From NCBI GenBank assembly GCA_965228895.1, contig OZ245842.1, positions 3,232,001 to 3,296,000 of the forward strand: a DNA stretch of 64,000 bases, given 5' to 3'. This DNA is from Alphaproteobacteria bacterium (GTDB taxonomy: Bacteria > Pseudomonadota > Alphaproteobacteria > SP197). This document shows positions 30,293 to 40,370 of this stretch, in pieces; positions within the stretch are counted from its first letter, which is position 1, and the number at the start of each line of letters is the position of its first letter. The notes under the pieces are model-generated. The model worked only from the letters and a program-made list of their open reading frames with translations. It ran no database searches and was not told the DNA's origin. Made by a program: the position numbers and the translations under genes.

Positions 30293-30796
30293 TCAGTCGG
30301 TACTCTTGTCCTTCTTGCCGCGGATCAGGTTCGCCAACATCGACATGATCGGTCCGACAACCTGCGGGCTCAGCGCGCCCATCGGATTGTGCGCGAACGA
30401 CTTGACGCTTTCGGTGATGCCTTCGACCTCGGACCTGACGGCACGCAGGTCCGCTTCGACCGACTTGGCGCCGGCTTCCAGGTCGGCCAGAGCCATGTCG
30501 CGAACTTCCTCCAGCATGCGTGTCTCGGTGCCCGGCTTCTGCGGCTGCGCACCGACAAAGAGAATGATCGCCAGCACGGTATCAATAGCGGCAACAACCA
30601 GCGCTGCCAGCGTCGGTTCCAGTAGCGGAGCCAAATAGAGATAACCCGCCACATTCAACATGGCGAAGGCGAACAGCCCGACAATGCCGGCCACCAGCAA
30701 CAGGCTGGTGCGCCGCACCATCGCGCGCAGCCTAAGCTCGGTCAGCAGGCGTTCCGTGCGCCACAAAATGCGCAGGTTGCGGATCAGCATATCCAT
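30293..30796 (-). CDS. YqjE/holin-X-like two-TM membrane protein
   Basis: Two TM helices followed by a coiled coil; last gene of a three-gene run. Confidence 0.6.
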   Translation of the reverse strand: MDMLIRNLRILWRTERLLTELRLRAMVRRTSLLLVAGIVGLFAFAMLNVAGYLYLAPLLEPTLAALVVAAIDTVLAIILFVGAQPQKPGTETRMLEEVRDMALADLEAGAKSVEADLRAVRSEVEGITESVKSFAHNPMGALSPQVVGPIMSMLANLIRGKKDKSTD

Positions 30797-30807
30797 GATC
30801 CCGCCCC

Positions 30808-31170
30808 TTACCGGCTCAACAGACGGCCGGCGACGATGCCCAGAACGAACGCGGCGAGCACAGCGACCAGCGGACGCTCGGCGATTTCCTTACCGGCCTC
30901 GTCGGCCAGATCGCCCAGCGCCTTTTCGATATCCTTCAGCTGGCTCTCGTGTTCGTCGCCACCGTTCTCTTCACCGTCGCCATTGTCGTCATCAAGACCG
31001 TTGTCATCGTCGATGCCCGACACATCGCCGTCATCGGCATAGCCGTGCGTTGACGAGGCCCATTCGCGCCTCGCCTCCGCCGCCTCCTGCTCGTCGCGCG
31101 CGCGGCGCATCTCATCGACCTCCGCGCGCAGGTTTCTTATTTCGGCGCGTAGCGCCTCCTTGCTGGGCAT
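30808..31170 (-). CDS. ElaB/YqjD-like tail-anchored protein with acidic linker
   Basis: Coiled coil, DDNG-like repeats, C-terminal ERPLVAVLAAFVLGIVAGRL. Confidence 0.65.
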   Translation of the reverse strand: MPSKEALRAEIRNLRAEVDEMRRARDEQEAAEARREWASSTHGYADDGDVSGIDDDNGLDDDNGDGEENGGDEHESQLKDIEKALGDLADEAGKEIAERPLVAVLAAFVLGIVAGRLLSR

Positions 31171-31189
31171 CGCGCTCTCCTTAGTGTTG

Positions 31190-31426
31190 CTACAGGGCTT
31201 TTCTTAGTCGTTCGTAGGCCTTCTCGAGCTCGGTCCCCAATTGATCGATGGCGTCGCCAATCGCCTTGCCGCTATCGTTCAACTCCGCGTCGGTCTGGAA
31301 CTTGTTCCACTTCTTCTCCAACTCGTCCCATTCGTCCTGGGCATCCTTGGATCCCAGATGGATCTTCAAGGCCAGTTCGTCGCGGCGGCGTTTCAGGTCT
31401 TCGATCATCTCGTTCATGCTCGTCAC
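31190..31426 (-). CDS. Small coiled-coil hypothetical protein
   Basis: GGGAG RBS before GTG; RDELALKIHLGSKDAQDEWDELEKKW. Confidence 0.7.
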   Translation of the reverse strand: MTSMNEMIEDLKRRRDELALKIHLGSKDAQDEWDELEKKWNKFQTDAELNDSGKAIGDAIDQLGTELEKAYERLRKAL

Positions 31427-31523
31427 TATCCAACTCCCGTATTTGGCTGCGCACACGCGCCATGATAGCAAAGCCATACGTTCGTCATAGCCCGGTGCGG
31501 TCTGAGCGATAGGAGTACCTCTG

Positions 31524-32678
31524 ATGACCATAAAAACGCCTAGCGCCATCCCAAGTCCCACTCTTGAGGTCGGGCCCGACAACCTCTCGTCCTGGAGCCG
31601 GGCCGACACGCGCCGCTGGGGGTTCCATAACCTCCATTCTCTATCGCGTTTCAGCTTTTCGGTACGCGCGCCCGCGGTGATGCCGCTCAAAAAGGCCGCA
31701 GATTTGCGCATTCTGGACCTGCCGCGGGTGCAGAAGCTGACGGCGACCCCGTTCTTTTCGGCTATGGCGGTCGTGCGTGGCGGTGACGTCATCTACGAGC
31801 GCTACGCGCCGGACTTCGGCCCCGATCGCGTGCACTCCATGCAGTCGATCACCAAGACCACGGTGCACCTGATCATCGCCAACCTGGTTGGCCAAGGTCT
31901 CCTGGATATGGCCCAGCGTGTCGATCACTACGTGCCCGAGATGGGCTCCGGCTACGCCTCGGCAACTGTCCAGCAAGTCGCCAACATGGATGTCGCCAAC
32001 AATTACTCGGAAGACTACGGCGACGTACATGCCGACGTCTTCGCCCAGGAGGTGGCCATGGGCTGGCGCCTGCCCTATGGCGACAGCGCCGAAGAAACCC
32101 TGCGCGGCTTCGTGCTTGGGGTTGATAGCGACGACACGACGAACCACTCCGGCGCGGCCGACTACAAGTCAGCCAACACCGATGTCTTGGGCTGGATCGC
32201 AGAGCGCATCACGGGTCGCTCGCTGCGCGCCATGCTGATCGACATCGTCGAGGCAGCAGGTATCGAGGGCACGTTCTACATCAGCTGCGACCGCGATGGC
32301 GTTCCCGTCGTCAGCGGCGGCGGTTTGCTGACCGCCCGCGACCTCGCCCGCTATGGCCTCCTGCTCGCACGCCACGGCCAGGGCGTTGACGGCCGCCAGG
32401 TCGGCGACGCCGCCTTCACGGCCCAGTCGATCGCCCATCCCGGCCCCACCATGCCGGCGCCCGCCGAGTTCATGAGCTACTCCAACCAACTCATGACCAA
32501 CGGCCGCTGGCTCGGTCATGGCGGTTACGGCGGTCAGTTCCTGCTCGCCGATCCGCAAACGGACATGGCGATGGCCTTCTTCTCGGTCCTGGAGAACCGC
32601 GAAGCCATTGACCGGCCTTACTACAAGGACGTCATCACCATGGGCACCGAGATCGCCGCGCTCCTGGAATCCGGCTAA
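31524..32678 (+). CDS. Serine hydrolase, beta-lactamase/NylB-like family
   Basis: SITK (SxxK), YKSANTDVLG, ARDLARYG, GHGGYGGQ. Confidence 0.85.
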   Translation: MTIKTPSAIPSPTLEVGPDNLSSWSRADTRRWGFHNLHSLSRFSFSVRAPAVMPLKKAADLRILDLPRVQKLTATPFFSAMAVVRGGDVIYERYAPDFGPDRVHSMQSITKTTVHLIIANLVGQGLLDMAQRVDHYVPEMGSGYASATVQQVANMDVANNYSEDYGDVHADVFAQEVAMGWRLPYGDSAEETLRGFVLGVDSDDTTNHSGAADYKSANTDVLGWIAERITGRSLRAMLIDIVEAAGIEGTFYISCDRDGVPVVSGGGLLTARDLARYGLLLARHGQGVDGRQVGDAAFTAQSIAHPGPTMPAPAEFMSYSNQLMTNGRWLGHGGYGGQFLLADPQTDMAMAFFSVLENREAIDRPYYKDVITMGTEIAALLESG

Positions 32679-32682
32679 GCCT

Positions 32683-33666
32683 ATGTCGACGCCGCACGCC
32701 TCACCGCTGACATCGCCGGAGACGGCCGGCTCGCACATGGTACATCACATTCCGCGCGCGATGCCGTCGACGCCGATCAGCCACGTCATCGACACGCTTC
32801 AAGGCCAGCGGTTCGACTGCGCCGATACGATTTTTGTCACCGACGACCACGGTCATTTGGAAGGCATCGTGCGGATCAACGATCTGTTTGCCGATGGCGA
32901 GCGGCCGATCGGTGAAATCATGGAGCCCGAGCACCTGGCGGTGCATCCCGATGACGACCAGGAAGCCATTGCCGTGCTGGCCATGCGCCTCAAGATGATC
33001 GCCGTGCCGGTGGTCGACAATGACGGACGGCTGATCGGCGCGGTACCGCCCGAAGCACTTTTTCGTATCCTGCGCCACGAGCACATGGAGGACTTGCAGC
33101 GTCTGGCCGGTATCGAACCGCATGAGCACGGTCCCGACGTCGCGTTGGACGCGCCGATCTTTGATCGGTTTCGTCGTCGCCTGCCCTGGTTGCTTGTCGG
33201 GCTTTTGGCGTCCTCGGTGATCACGCTGGTCATGACAGGTTTCGAGGAGAGCCTGGCGGCGAATGTCGCTGTCGCCTTTTTTGTTCCGGCACTCGTCTAT
33301 ATCGCCGGCGCGATCGGCAGCCAAGCCGTCTCGGTCGCCGTGCGCGGCCTTGCGGCCGACCATGTGGCCATCGTTAGCCTGATCCGCGACGAGTTCGTCA
33401 TCGGTGTCGCGATCGGCGCCTCGCTTGGCCTCGTCGCCTTCGTTGCCGTCTATCTCGTCTTCGACAACGACGTGCTGGCGCTTGCCGTCGGCCTGGCGGT
33501 GCTGGGCGGCGGTACGGTCTCGGCCGTCGTCGGCTTCGGCCTGCCCTGGCTGTTCCAGCAGTTCGGCGCCGATCCCGCCATGGGCAGCGGCCCGATCTGC
33601 ACCATCATCCAGGACGTCGCCAGCCTCTTCCTCTATTTTGTTCTGGTCAGCGCCCTCATTCTCTAG
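32683..33666 (+). CDS. mgtE: MgtE-family magnesium transporter (CBS pair + membrane domain)
   Basis: CBS motifs, RRRLPWLL, DPAMGSGPICTIIQD. Confidence 0.85.
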   Translation: MSTPHASPLTSPETAGSHMVHHIPRAMPSTPISHVIDTLQGQRFDCADTIFVTDDHGHLEGIVRINDLFADGERPIGEIMEPEHLAVHPDDDQEAIAVLAMRLKMIAVPVVDNDGRLIGAVPPEALFRILRHEHMEDLQRLAGIEPHEHGPDVALDAPIFDRFRRRLPWLLVGLLASSVITLVMTGFEESLAANVAVAFFVPALVYIAGAIGSQAVSVAVRGLAADHVAIVSLIRDEFVIGVAIGASLGLVAFVAVYLVFDNDVLALAVGLAVLGGGTVSAVVGFGLPWLFQQFGADPAMGSGPICTIIQDVASLFLYFVLVSALIL

Positions 33667-33674
33667 TCAGGTCC

Positions 33675-34589
33675 ATGGATTCCTCCGCCTACACCGCACG
33701 CGCCTATCGCGATGAGGCCGATTACGCGCTCCTGCGCCGTTTCCTCGTGCGCCTGTTCGCCGATGATGGATTCCCCGTTCAGTGCACCATCGGCGACCTC
33801 GACTGGTGGCGCTGCCAAAGCGACGATCCCGACCAGGAGATCGCGACCGCCCATCTATGGTTCACATCCGCCGGCGACCTCGCCGGCTTTGCCTGGCCCG
33901 CCGATGACGAGGTCGACATCTTCGCGCAAGCCGCACATAAAGAGCTCGAAGACACCATGATCGCCTGGGCCGAGGAACGCCGTCTTCGCCAGCAAACCGG
34001 CGGCGCGGCCGTCACGTTTCAGGTCCAGACCTTCGACAGCGACACCGCGCGCCAAGCGATCCTCAAACGGCGTGGCTACGCCTATGATGGTTCCAACATC
34101 GTCTACCGCCAGCGTTCGATCGACGCGCCGCCGCCACCGACGCCCTTGCCCGCGGGCTACACCATCCGCCTCATGGATGGCGAACGCGACATGGCCCAGC
34201 GTATTGCCGCCCACCGCGACGCCTTCGCGCCGTCCAAGATGACCGAGGCGCGCTATCGCTATGCCATGGCTTCGCCGACCTATCGCGCCGATCTCGATCT
34301 GGTGGTCGCTGACGCAAACGACGACGTCGCCGCCTTCACGACGATTTGGCTCGACGACAACAACCGGCTCGGCGTCTTTGAACCCGTAGGCTGCCACGCC
34401 GACCACCGGCGCCGCGGCCTGGCCCGCGCCGTCATTACCGACGGTCTGCGCCGGCTGCACGGCCTCGGCGCACGCCACGCCATCATCGGTTCCGATATGG
34501 ACAACGAAGTCGCGAACCCGCTTTATGAGTCCCTTGGCTTCGGCGACGACGCGACGACGAGCTGCTGGACCAGATCCCTTTCTGCCTGA
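33675..34589 (+). CDS. GNAT family N-acetyltransferase
   Basis: FEPVGCHADHRRRGLARA acetyl-CoA motif; LYESLGF. Confidence 0.85.
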   Translation: MDSSAYTARAYRDEADYALLRRFLVRLFADDGFPVQCTIGDLDWWRCQSDDPDQEIATAHLWFTSAGDLAGFAWPADDEVDIFAQAAHKELEDTMIAWAEERRLRQQTGGAAVTFQVQTFDSDTARQAILKRRGYAYDGSNIVYRQRSIDAPPPPTPLPAGYTIRLMDGERDMAQRIAAHRDAFAPSKMTEARYRYAMASPTYRADLDLVVADANDDVAAFTTIWLDDNNRLGVFEPVGCHADHRRRGLARAVITDGLRRLHGLGARHAIIGSDMDNEVANPLYESLGFGDDATTSCWTRSLSA

Positions 34590-34647
34590 TGTCGCTTGCG
34601 CCCGGCCGCTCTTGGGTGTGAAATCGTCCGAGCAATGGAGGTCTGTC

Positions 34648-35850
34648 ATGGGTTTTGCTCAACAGGATGTCTCCGGCGATCCCATCGCGCTCAGTGGTGT
34701 ATCCGAACAAGCGAACGGCCTCGTCCTCTCGTGGGCGGATGGCGCCGAAAGCTTCTTCCACTTCGTCTGGCTACGCGACTGCTGCTACTGCGAACACTGC
34801 GGCAACAGTTATTCCAGCAAACGCTTCGTCGTGCCCAGCGACGTACCGCTCGACGTCCGCCCGTCGTCGCTAGCAATCGGGGATGGCAACGAACTTGCCG
34901 TCACCTGGGCGCACGACGGTCACCGATCGCATTATCCGTCCGCATGGTTGCGCCAGAACCGCTATGATGACGAGGCTCGGGCCGCGCGCCGGCACCAACC
35001 GATCCTGTGGGATGCCGGCATCAACGATGTGCCCCCGGCGGTCGACTTCGATGCCGCGCGCAACTACGACGACGACCGCCTGGACTTCTACCGCAAGCTC
35101 CGCGACTACGGCTTCGTGCTGGTCCGCGGCGGACCCAAGGAACTCGGGTTTGTCGAGGAGGTCGCAAGGATGATTGGCGACCTCGGCGACTCCGCCTACG
35201 ACAGGATCTTCGACCTTTCGCCCAAGGGCAAACACAACACCATGGGCAACACGTTTCGCACGGTGCCGCCACACACCGACGAGGCCTACCGGTTCGCGCC
35301 ACCCGGCATCAATGTGCTCGGCTGTATACGCCCGGCCGATGACGGCGGCGATTCGATCCTGGTCGACGGATTCCGTCTGGGCGAAGTCCTGCGCGCCGAT
35401 GACCCCGAGGCCTTCGCGCTCTTGGCCCGGACGCCGAACGTGTTTCACCGCGTTCACGGCGACCAGCTCGACCAACGTTGCTACACCCGCATGTTCGCGC
35501 TCGACGAGCGGCAGAACATCGTCGGCGTCAGGATCCACACACGCTCGTCCGGACCGATGGACCTGCCGGCCGATCTGGTCGAACCCTTCTTCGCCGCCTA
35601 TCACAAACTTTCGGCCTTGATGACAGCGCCCGAAAACCAGGCCCGCTTCGCGCTGCAGGCCGGCGAGACCGTGCTGTTCGACAACCAGCGTGTGCTGCAC
35701 GCGCGCACCAGCTTCTCCGGCGCCGACCGACACCTGCAGATCTGCAACGTCGCGCGCGAACAATTCCACCAACGCCTGCGCCTGCTCGCGCGCTCAATGG
35801 GTTATGTCGACGAAGCCGAACAGATCCTGGCGCAAGGCGTCGCGGGGTGA
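34648..35850 (+). CDS. Gamma-butyrobetaine dioxygenase-like (TauD/TfdA) oxygenase
   Basis: WLRDCCYC..C and DGHRSHY N-terminal Zn domain; HTD, LVDGF, FDNQRVLHART. Confidence 0.88.
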   Translation: MGFAQQDVSGDPIALSGVSEQANGLVLSWADGAESFFHFVWLRDCCYCEHCGNSYSSKRFVVPSDVPLDVRPSSLAIGDGNELAVTWAHDGHRSHYPSAWLRQNRYDDEARAARRHQPILWDAGINDVPPAVDFDAARNYDDDRLDFYRKLRDYGFVLVRGGPKELGFVEEVARMIGDLGDSAYDRIFDLSPKGKHNTMGNTFRTVPPHTDEAYRFAPPGINVLGCIRPADDGGDSILVDGFRLGEVLRADDPEAFALLARTPNVFHRVHGDQLDQRCYTRMFALDERQNIVGVRIHTRSSGPMDLPADLVEPFFAAYHKLSALMTAPENQARFALQAGETVLFDNQRVLHARTSFSGADRHLQICNVAREQFHQRLRLLARSMGYVDEAEQILAQGVAG

Positions 35851-36671
35851 AGCGCCGGCGACCCGGCACGCGGTCCTCGGCAAGTTACGGCTTTGCCACG
35901 CTATCTCTTGTCATCTCCTGTATGCCGTCCGTCGCAGCGCCCGAGGCACCGCACGTCTTTCCCATCTATGACAATCATCTGATCCTGCCCTTCATGTGTA
36001 TGGGCGATGAGGCGCTCACGTGGTCTCAGTCGATGGCGGACAGCATTGGCGGGCTTGCCCCCGGCGCGACGGTTTTCCGGCTTCATGATGACGGCAGCCT
36101 CAGTCCGGCCACGCTTGGCACGCTCGTCTGCGTGCGTGGTGAATGCCGGGGTGACCACGCGGGCCTCGCCGTTGACGGCGGCGAACCGGAGCGGAAGGTC
36201 GTCGCAGTTATGCCGGACGACGCATACGGTTCCGCGAAGCCGTTCCTTGCCAGTCCGACGCCGGATGACTGTTCAAACCTTCCGCCCCAAGGTAACGATC
36301 CCGAAGGATTTGGATTCCCCACGACGACACCCTTTTGCGCAACCTACCGCACAGGGGATGATGGCGGCATGACGATCCAGATTGCCGGTCACGGCTGGAT
36401 GCAAGAGAATGGTTGGCCGGTCTATCGCTTCTTTTCGCGCACTGTCGTGGTAGACCACACCGTACCCTGGGTTGATCATGGTGACGGCACGTCGCCGCTT
36501 GAGCCGCGCTTTGCCTGGAGTCGCATCGACGGCGCGGCTCATCTCCTTTGGATCCGCGAAGATGGCATTATCGGCCCACAGGCCTTCACGCTTCGCGAAC
36601 AGAGCGTTGACCCGAACGGCAATGCGAGTTGGGTCGGGACCTATCAAGCGGGCGGTCAGCCCTGCGACTAG
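35847..36671 (+). CDS. Hypothetical exported protein
   Basis: GTGA overlap with previous stop, signal-like N-terminus, several Cys; start uncertain. Confidence 0.55.
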   Translation: MKRRRPGTRSSASYGFATLSLVISCMPSVAAPEAPHVFPIYDNHLILPFMCMGDEALTWSQSMADSIGGLAPGATVFRLHDDGSLSPATLGTLVCVRGECRGDHAGLAVDGGEPERKVVAVMPDDAYGSAKPFLASPTPDDCSNLPPQGNDPEGFGFPTTTPFCATYRTGDDGGMTIQIAGHGWMQENGWPVYRFFSRTVVVDHTVPWVDHGDGTSPLEPRFAWSRIDGAAHLLWIREDGIIGPQAFTLREQSVDPNGNASWVGTYQAGGQPCD

Positions 36672-36747
36672 AGGTCTCGGTTCCTATGAAGCTCCGATTG
36701 CGTTAAGCCGCCAAGGTGACGAAAAGTTCAGGTGAGAGGCCACCGAC

Positions 36748-37575
36748 GTGACGTCAACCGACATTAAATCAATGCGGCTCTACGCCCATCTCGACCGTTT
36801 GACGAACGAGATCAAGGCTGCCGGCATCGATCCGGATGGCCCACTGACCGTCGATCAGCTCAGCCCGTTCGACAACCTGCACTATCACGGCACCGACGCC
36901 ATGGATCGCGCGATCCAGGAGCTGGGCATCAATGCCAACAGCAACATTGCCGAGGTCGGCTCCGGTCTTGGCGGTCCCGCGCGCTACATCGCCGATCGCA
37001 CAAGCTGCTGTATCACGGCGCTGGAACTACAGCCGGATCTCGACGCCTTCGCCCAAAAACTCACCCGGCAATGCGGCTTGGACGACCGTGTCGCCCATCG
37101 CTGCGGCGACATTCTTGACGGTCCGCTCGAGCCCGGCGCCTATGACGCAGTGGTCAGCTGGCTCGCCTTCTATCACATCGCCGATCACGCGACGCTCTTT
37201 GTCCGGATCGCCGATGCGCTGAAACCGTCAGGCCGTCTCTATGTCGAGGACATCGCCGGGCGTGGCGATTTCACGGCGGAAGAAACAGCCTTGCTACGCG
37301 ACAAACTCTATGGTCAATCGACGCCGAGCCTCAACGCCTACCGCGAACAACTGGCCCGTGCCGGGTTCGCCGACATCCGGCTCGACGATCTCTCCGACGA
37401 TTGGGCCCAATTCACCCACGATCGCATCCTTGCCTACCGCGCTAACCGCAACCGCCATGTCGCCCTGCACGGCGAAGTAACGGTCGCCGAACTCGAAACC
37501 TTCTATGGCGCCGTCGACCGGCTGTTTCAATCCGGCAAGCTCGGCGGCCTACGCGCGATCGCTCGCAAGGCCTGA
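36748..37575 (+). CDS. SAM-dependent methyltransferase (sarcosine/dimethylglycine N-methyltransferase-like)
   Basis: DNLHYHG, EVGSGLGGPARYIA, LKPSGRLYVED. Confidence 0.82.
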   Translation: MTSTDIKSMRLYAHLDRLTNEIKAAGIDPDGPLTVDQLSPFDNLHYHGTDAMDRAIQELGINANSNIAEVGSGLGGPARYIADRTSCCITALELQPDLDAFAQKLTRQCGLDDRVAHRCGDILDGPLEPGAYDAVVSWLAFYHIADHATLFVRIADALKPSGRLYVEDIAGRGDFTAEETALLRDKLYGQSTPSLNAYREQLARAGFADIRLDDLSDDWAQFTHDRILAYRANRNRHVALHGEVTVAELETFYGAVDRLFQSGKLGGLRAIARKA

Positions 37576-37588
37576 CGCCTACGCCCTC

Positions 37589-37954
37589 TCAGATGTCCAA
37601 ATCCTTACCGACCATCATGCGATGGCCGTCGACAGTGCGCAGGGCGAACTCACGCATGCCCCAGGGTTCCGAGCGCACGTCCTTCAGGATCTCCGCACCC
37701 GCCGCTTTGACGTCCGCAAAGTAATCGTCGACCTCATCGACAACGAGATACGCAAAATAGGAGTGATCGCCCAGGTCAGCAGGCGGAATCGCGTCCGGGC
37801 ATTCGCCTGCCATAATGCGGCAGCTTTCCTTGACGAACATGCGCCAACCGGGATCGCCGATCTCGCGAATCTCGAACCCCATTACGTCGCGATAGAACGA
37901 CGCGGAAACCTGAAGGTCCGGCACGGCGATAACAAAGAACGTGTGGGTGATCAT
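37589..37954 (-). CDS. VOC/glyoxalase family protein
   Basis: FYRDVMGF, EPWGMREFALRTVDGHR. Confidence 0.88.
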   Translation of the reverse strand: MITHTFFVIAVPDLQVSASFYRDVMGFEIREIGDPGWRMFVKESCRIMAGECPDAIPPADLGDHSYFAYLVVDEVDDYFADVKAAGAEILKDVRSEPWGMREFALRTVDGHRMMVGKDLDI

Positions 37955-38058
37955 GGGCGAACTCCGGCAAGACGATGGCGTGCGCTAGCATTGCACAGGC
38001 CGGTGCGCGTGTTCACCCTTCAACAGAGGTCAACGGTAGGGAAATGATAAGTCCGGTA

Positions 38059-38307
38059 TCAGGCCTTGCTGCGGGCAAAGAACGCGATGCCGAGCAGAAC
38101 GATCACCGCAACGATGACGGTCACGACGTAGATATCAAAGCCACCGATCCAATGTTCGAGGCGGGAAATCTCCGTCTGGACCGACCGTGTGTTGCGATCG
38201 TTCTGCATGAAGTATTCGGCGATCAACACGCCGGACGCCGTCGACGTCGCGATGGTCAAGATCGCAACGATCGTGGTCCGCAGTTTTGTGAGGCGATTTC
38301 CGGCCAT
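38059..38307 (-). CDS. Small two-TM hypothetical protein
   Basis: GAGGAG RBS; two hydrophobic helices. Confidence 0.55.
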   Translation of the reverse strand: MAGNRLTKLRTTIVAILTIATSTASGVLIAEYFMQNDRNTRSVQTEISRLEHWIGGFDIYVVTVIVAVIVLLGIAFFARSKA

Positions 38308-38554
38308 GGTGCCGACAACTCCTCAGTGTTCGCGCTCACCACAGAGCGGGCGGTTCGATACCGCATCGTTCTCCGTGGCCGGGCAACATTGCCCAAGGGG
38401 TCTGTTCAACCCAACCTCAGAATAAGGCGTGACGCCTGAACAAAGTGTGACGGATTGCATTTCTTTGTCATTCGCTTCGATGTCCGTCAGACCCGAATCG
38501 CAGAAAAACACTTCATTATTTCAATGCGTTAGAGAGTTTTGAGACATGTTTCCT

Positions 38555-39919
38555 TCACGTCATGTCCGATGCCGTATCGTCAGAACGTACGAAGAACACC
38601 GTCAACGACAGCACGACGAACGTCACCACGCACGTGACATAGAACGCCGACCCATAGCTTCCGGTGATCGTATAGAACAGCGCCATCACCGCGACGCCGA
38701 GCGTGGCGCCCAGTTGTTGCATGGTCATCATAATGCCGCTCGCCTGGCCGTGCTTGGCGATCGGAATGGCCGCCGTGATGATGTGGCGCGGCGCGATGAA
38801 CATGGCGGCATTGGCCATGCCCCATGCCGTCAGCGCGGGGATCATGACGACATAGCTCTGCCATCCCGACGCAACGCCCAGCCATAACTGGGCGACGGCC
38901 GCCATCAGCAGACCGGCCAACGCGACCTTCTTGGCGCCCCACCGGTCGGTCAGGCGGCCCGTTGGAACGGCCGTTATGGGCACGGCGCCGACAGCCACCA
39001 ACAGCGCCACGCCGGTCATCAAGGGGCTCATACTGAGCACGTCCTGCAGGTAGAGCGCACCGAAGATGACGACGGCCATCTGATTGAACTGCGCGGTGAA
39101 GATGACCAGGTTCGACACCGTGAACGTCCCGCTGCGAAACATCACGATATCGATCAAGGGCGGCTTGAACCGCGTCTCGACGACCACAAACACAGCCATC
39201 ACGACAACACCGCCACCCAGCAGTCCCAGAATGAACGGATTCGACCAGCCGAGTTCCTGGCCTTCCATCAGCGCAAAGACGATCATGCTCAAACCGGCGA
39301 CCAGGGTCAGAAGGCCCAACCAATCCATGCGGCCGGGCGGCTTGTCGCGTTCGGGGTCGCGCCACGCGGCCAGCACCATGAGGCCGATGGCCGCGGCGAT
39401 GAACGGGTTGATCCAGAAGATCCAGCGCCACGACAGGACTTCGATCATCAGGCCGCCGACAAACGGACCCAGCGCCAGAAACACCGTGCCGGCGGCGCTA
39501 TAGATGCCCAGCGCCATGCCGCGCTCTTCGGGCGGAAAGGCGATCGACACCATGGCGAGCGAGACCGGGAAGATCAGCGCCGCGCCGACGCCCTGCACGA
39601 TCCGCGCGATAATCAACGTCGTGCCGTCGACGGCGAAACCGCAGGCCAGCGACGACAGGCCGAACAACAAAACCGCGCCCAGCATCGTCATCTTGTGGCC
39701 GATGATGTCACCCAGCTTGCCGCCGGCCGCCGCCAGACCGGCAAAGACCAACAGGTAAGCGTTGATCACCCAATGCGATGTTGCCTCGCTCATGGCGAGG
39801 TCTTGACGCATGGTCGGCAACGCGACGCCGACTACCGTCTCGTCCAGCAGGATCACACCCATGACCCCGCCCATGGCGGTCAGCACCCACCATTTGCGCC
39901 GATGTTCAGCGACCAACAC
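38555..39919 (-). CDS. MFS drug:H+ antiporter (DHA2/EmrB-like)
   Basis: LDETVVGVALP, WVINAYLL, GGKLGDIIG, WRWIFWIN. Confidence 0.9.
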   Translation of the reverse strand: MLVAEHRRKWWVLTAMGGVMGVILLDETVVGVALPTMRQDLAMSEATSHWVINAYLLVFAGLAAAGGKLGDIIGHKMTMLGAVLLFGLSSLACGFAVDGTTLIIARIVQGVGAALIFPVSLAMVSIAFPPEERGMALGIYSAAGTVFLALGPFVGGLMIEVLSWRWIFWINPFIAAAIGLMVLAAWRDPERDKPPGRMDWLGLLTLVAGLSMIVFALMEGQELGWSNPFILGLLGGGVVVMAVFVVVETRFKPPLIDIVMFRSGTFTVSNLVIFTAQFNQMAVVIFGALYLQDVLSMSPLMTGVALLVAVGAVPITAVPTGRLTDRWGAKKVALAGLLMAAVAQLWLGVASGWQSYVVMIPALTAWGMANAAMFIAPRHIITAAIPIAKHGQASGIMMTMQQLGATLGVAVMALFYTITGSYGSAFYVTCVVTFVVLSLTVFFVRSDDTASDMT

Positions 39920-39955
39920 GACGTGCGCCCCTACCGTCGCCGGTGACCGCGGCTC

Positions 39956-40270
39956 CTAGACGCCGCAGGCGGATTTTATCTCGGCAATCTTGGCATCAAT
40001 CTTTTCGTTGTATTCGCCGCCGGCGATCTCAAGGCGCTCCTCTTCGGTGCCCGTAACGACACCGTAAACTATGGCGGCAGGAACGAACGAGAAGACACCC
40101 GATGCCATTTCTTGGGCAACATGGGCCTTTTCGCTCTCCAGGACGCGGATATCGCCTTCGGCGGTGGCGCAGTTCACCGGTTTCGCGACTTCCTTTTCTT
40201 CCTGCGCAAAACGCTCCGTGCAACCAACCAAGGCAACGCTTGCGACGACAGCGGCCAACAAGACTTTCAT
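39956..40270 (-). CDS. Putative lipoprotein
   Basis: GGGGAG RBS; lipobox LVGC; NCATAEGDIRVLESEK. Confidence 0.7.
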   Translation of the reverse strand: MKVLLAAVVASVALVGCTERFAQEEKEVAKPVNCATAEGDIRVLESEKAHVAQEMASGVFSFVPAAIVYGVVTGTEEERLEIAGGEYNEKIDAKIAEIKSACGV

Positions 40271-40370
40271 GGACTCCCCCTCTCCGTCACCGCGGCGGAT
40301 AATGGGTATCCGTGGCGGCATCGATAGCCTCGTCACAGCATGGGCGCTTGGGGGGCGCGCGGTCAAATGG

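Noticed and set aside
38320-38550. A/T-rich intergenic stretch as a possible sRNA or riboswitch
   Set aside because: No recognisable conserved motif or strong structure; it is consistent with an ordinary promoter region.
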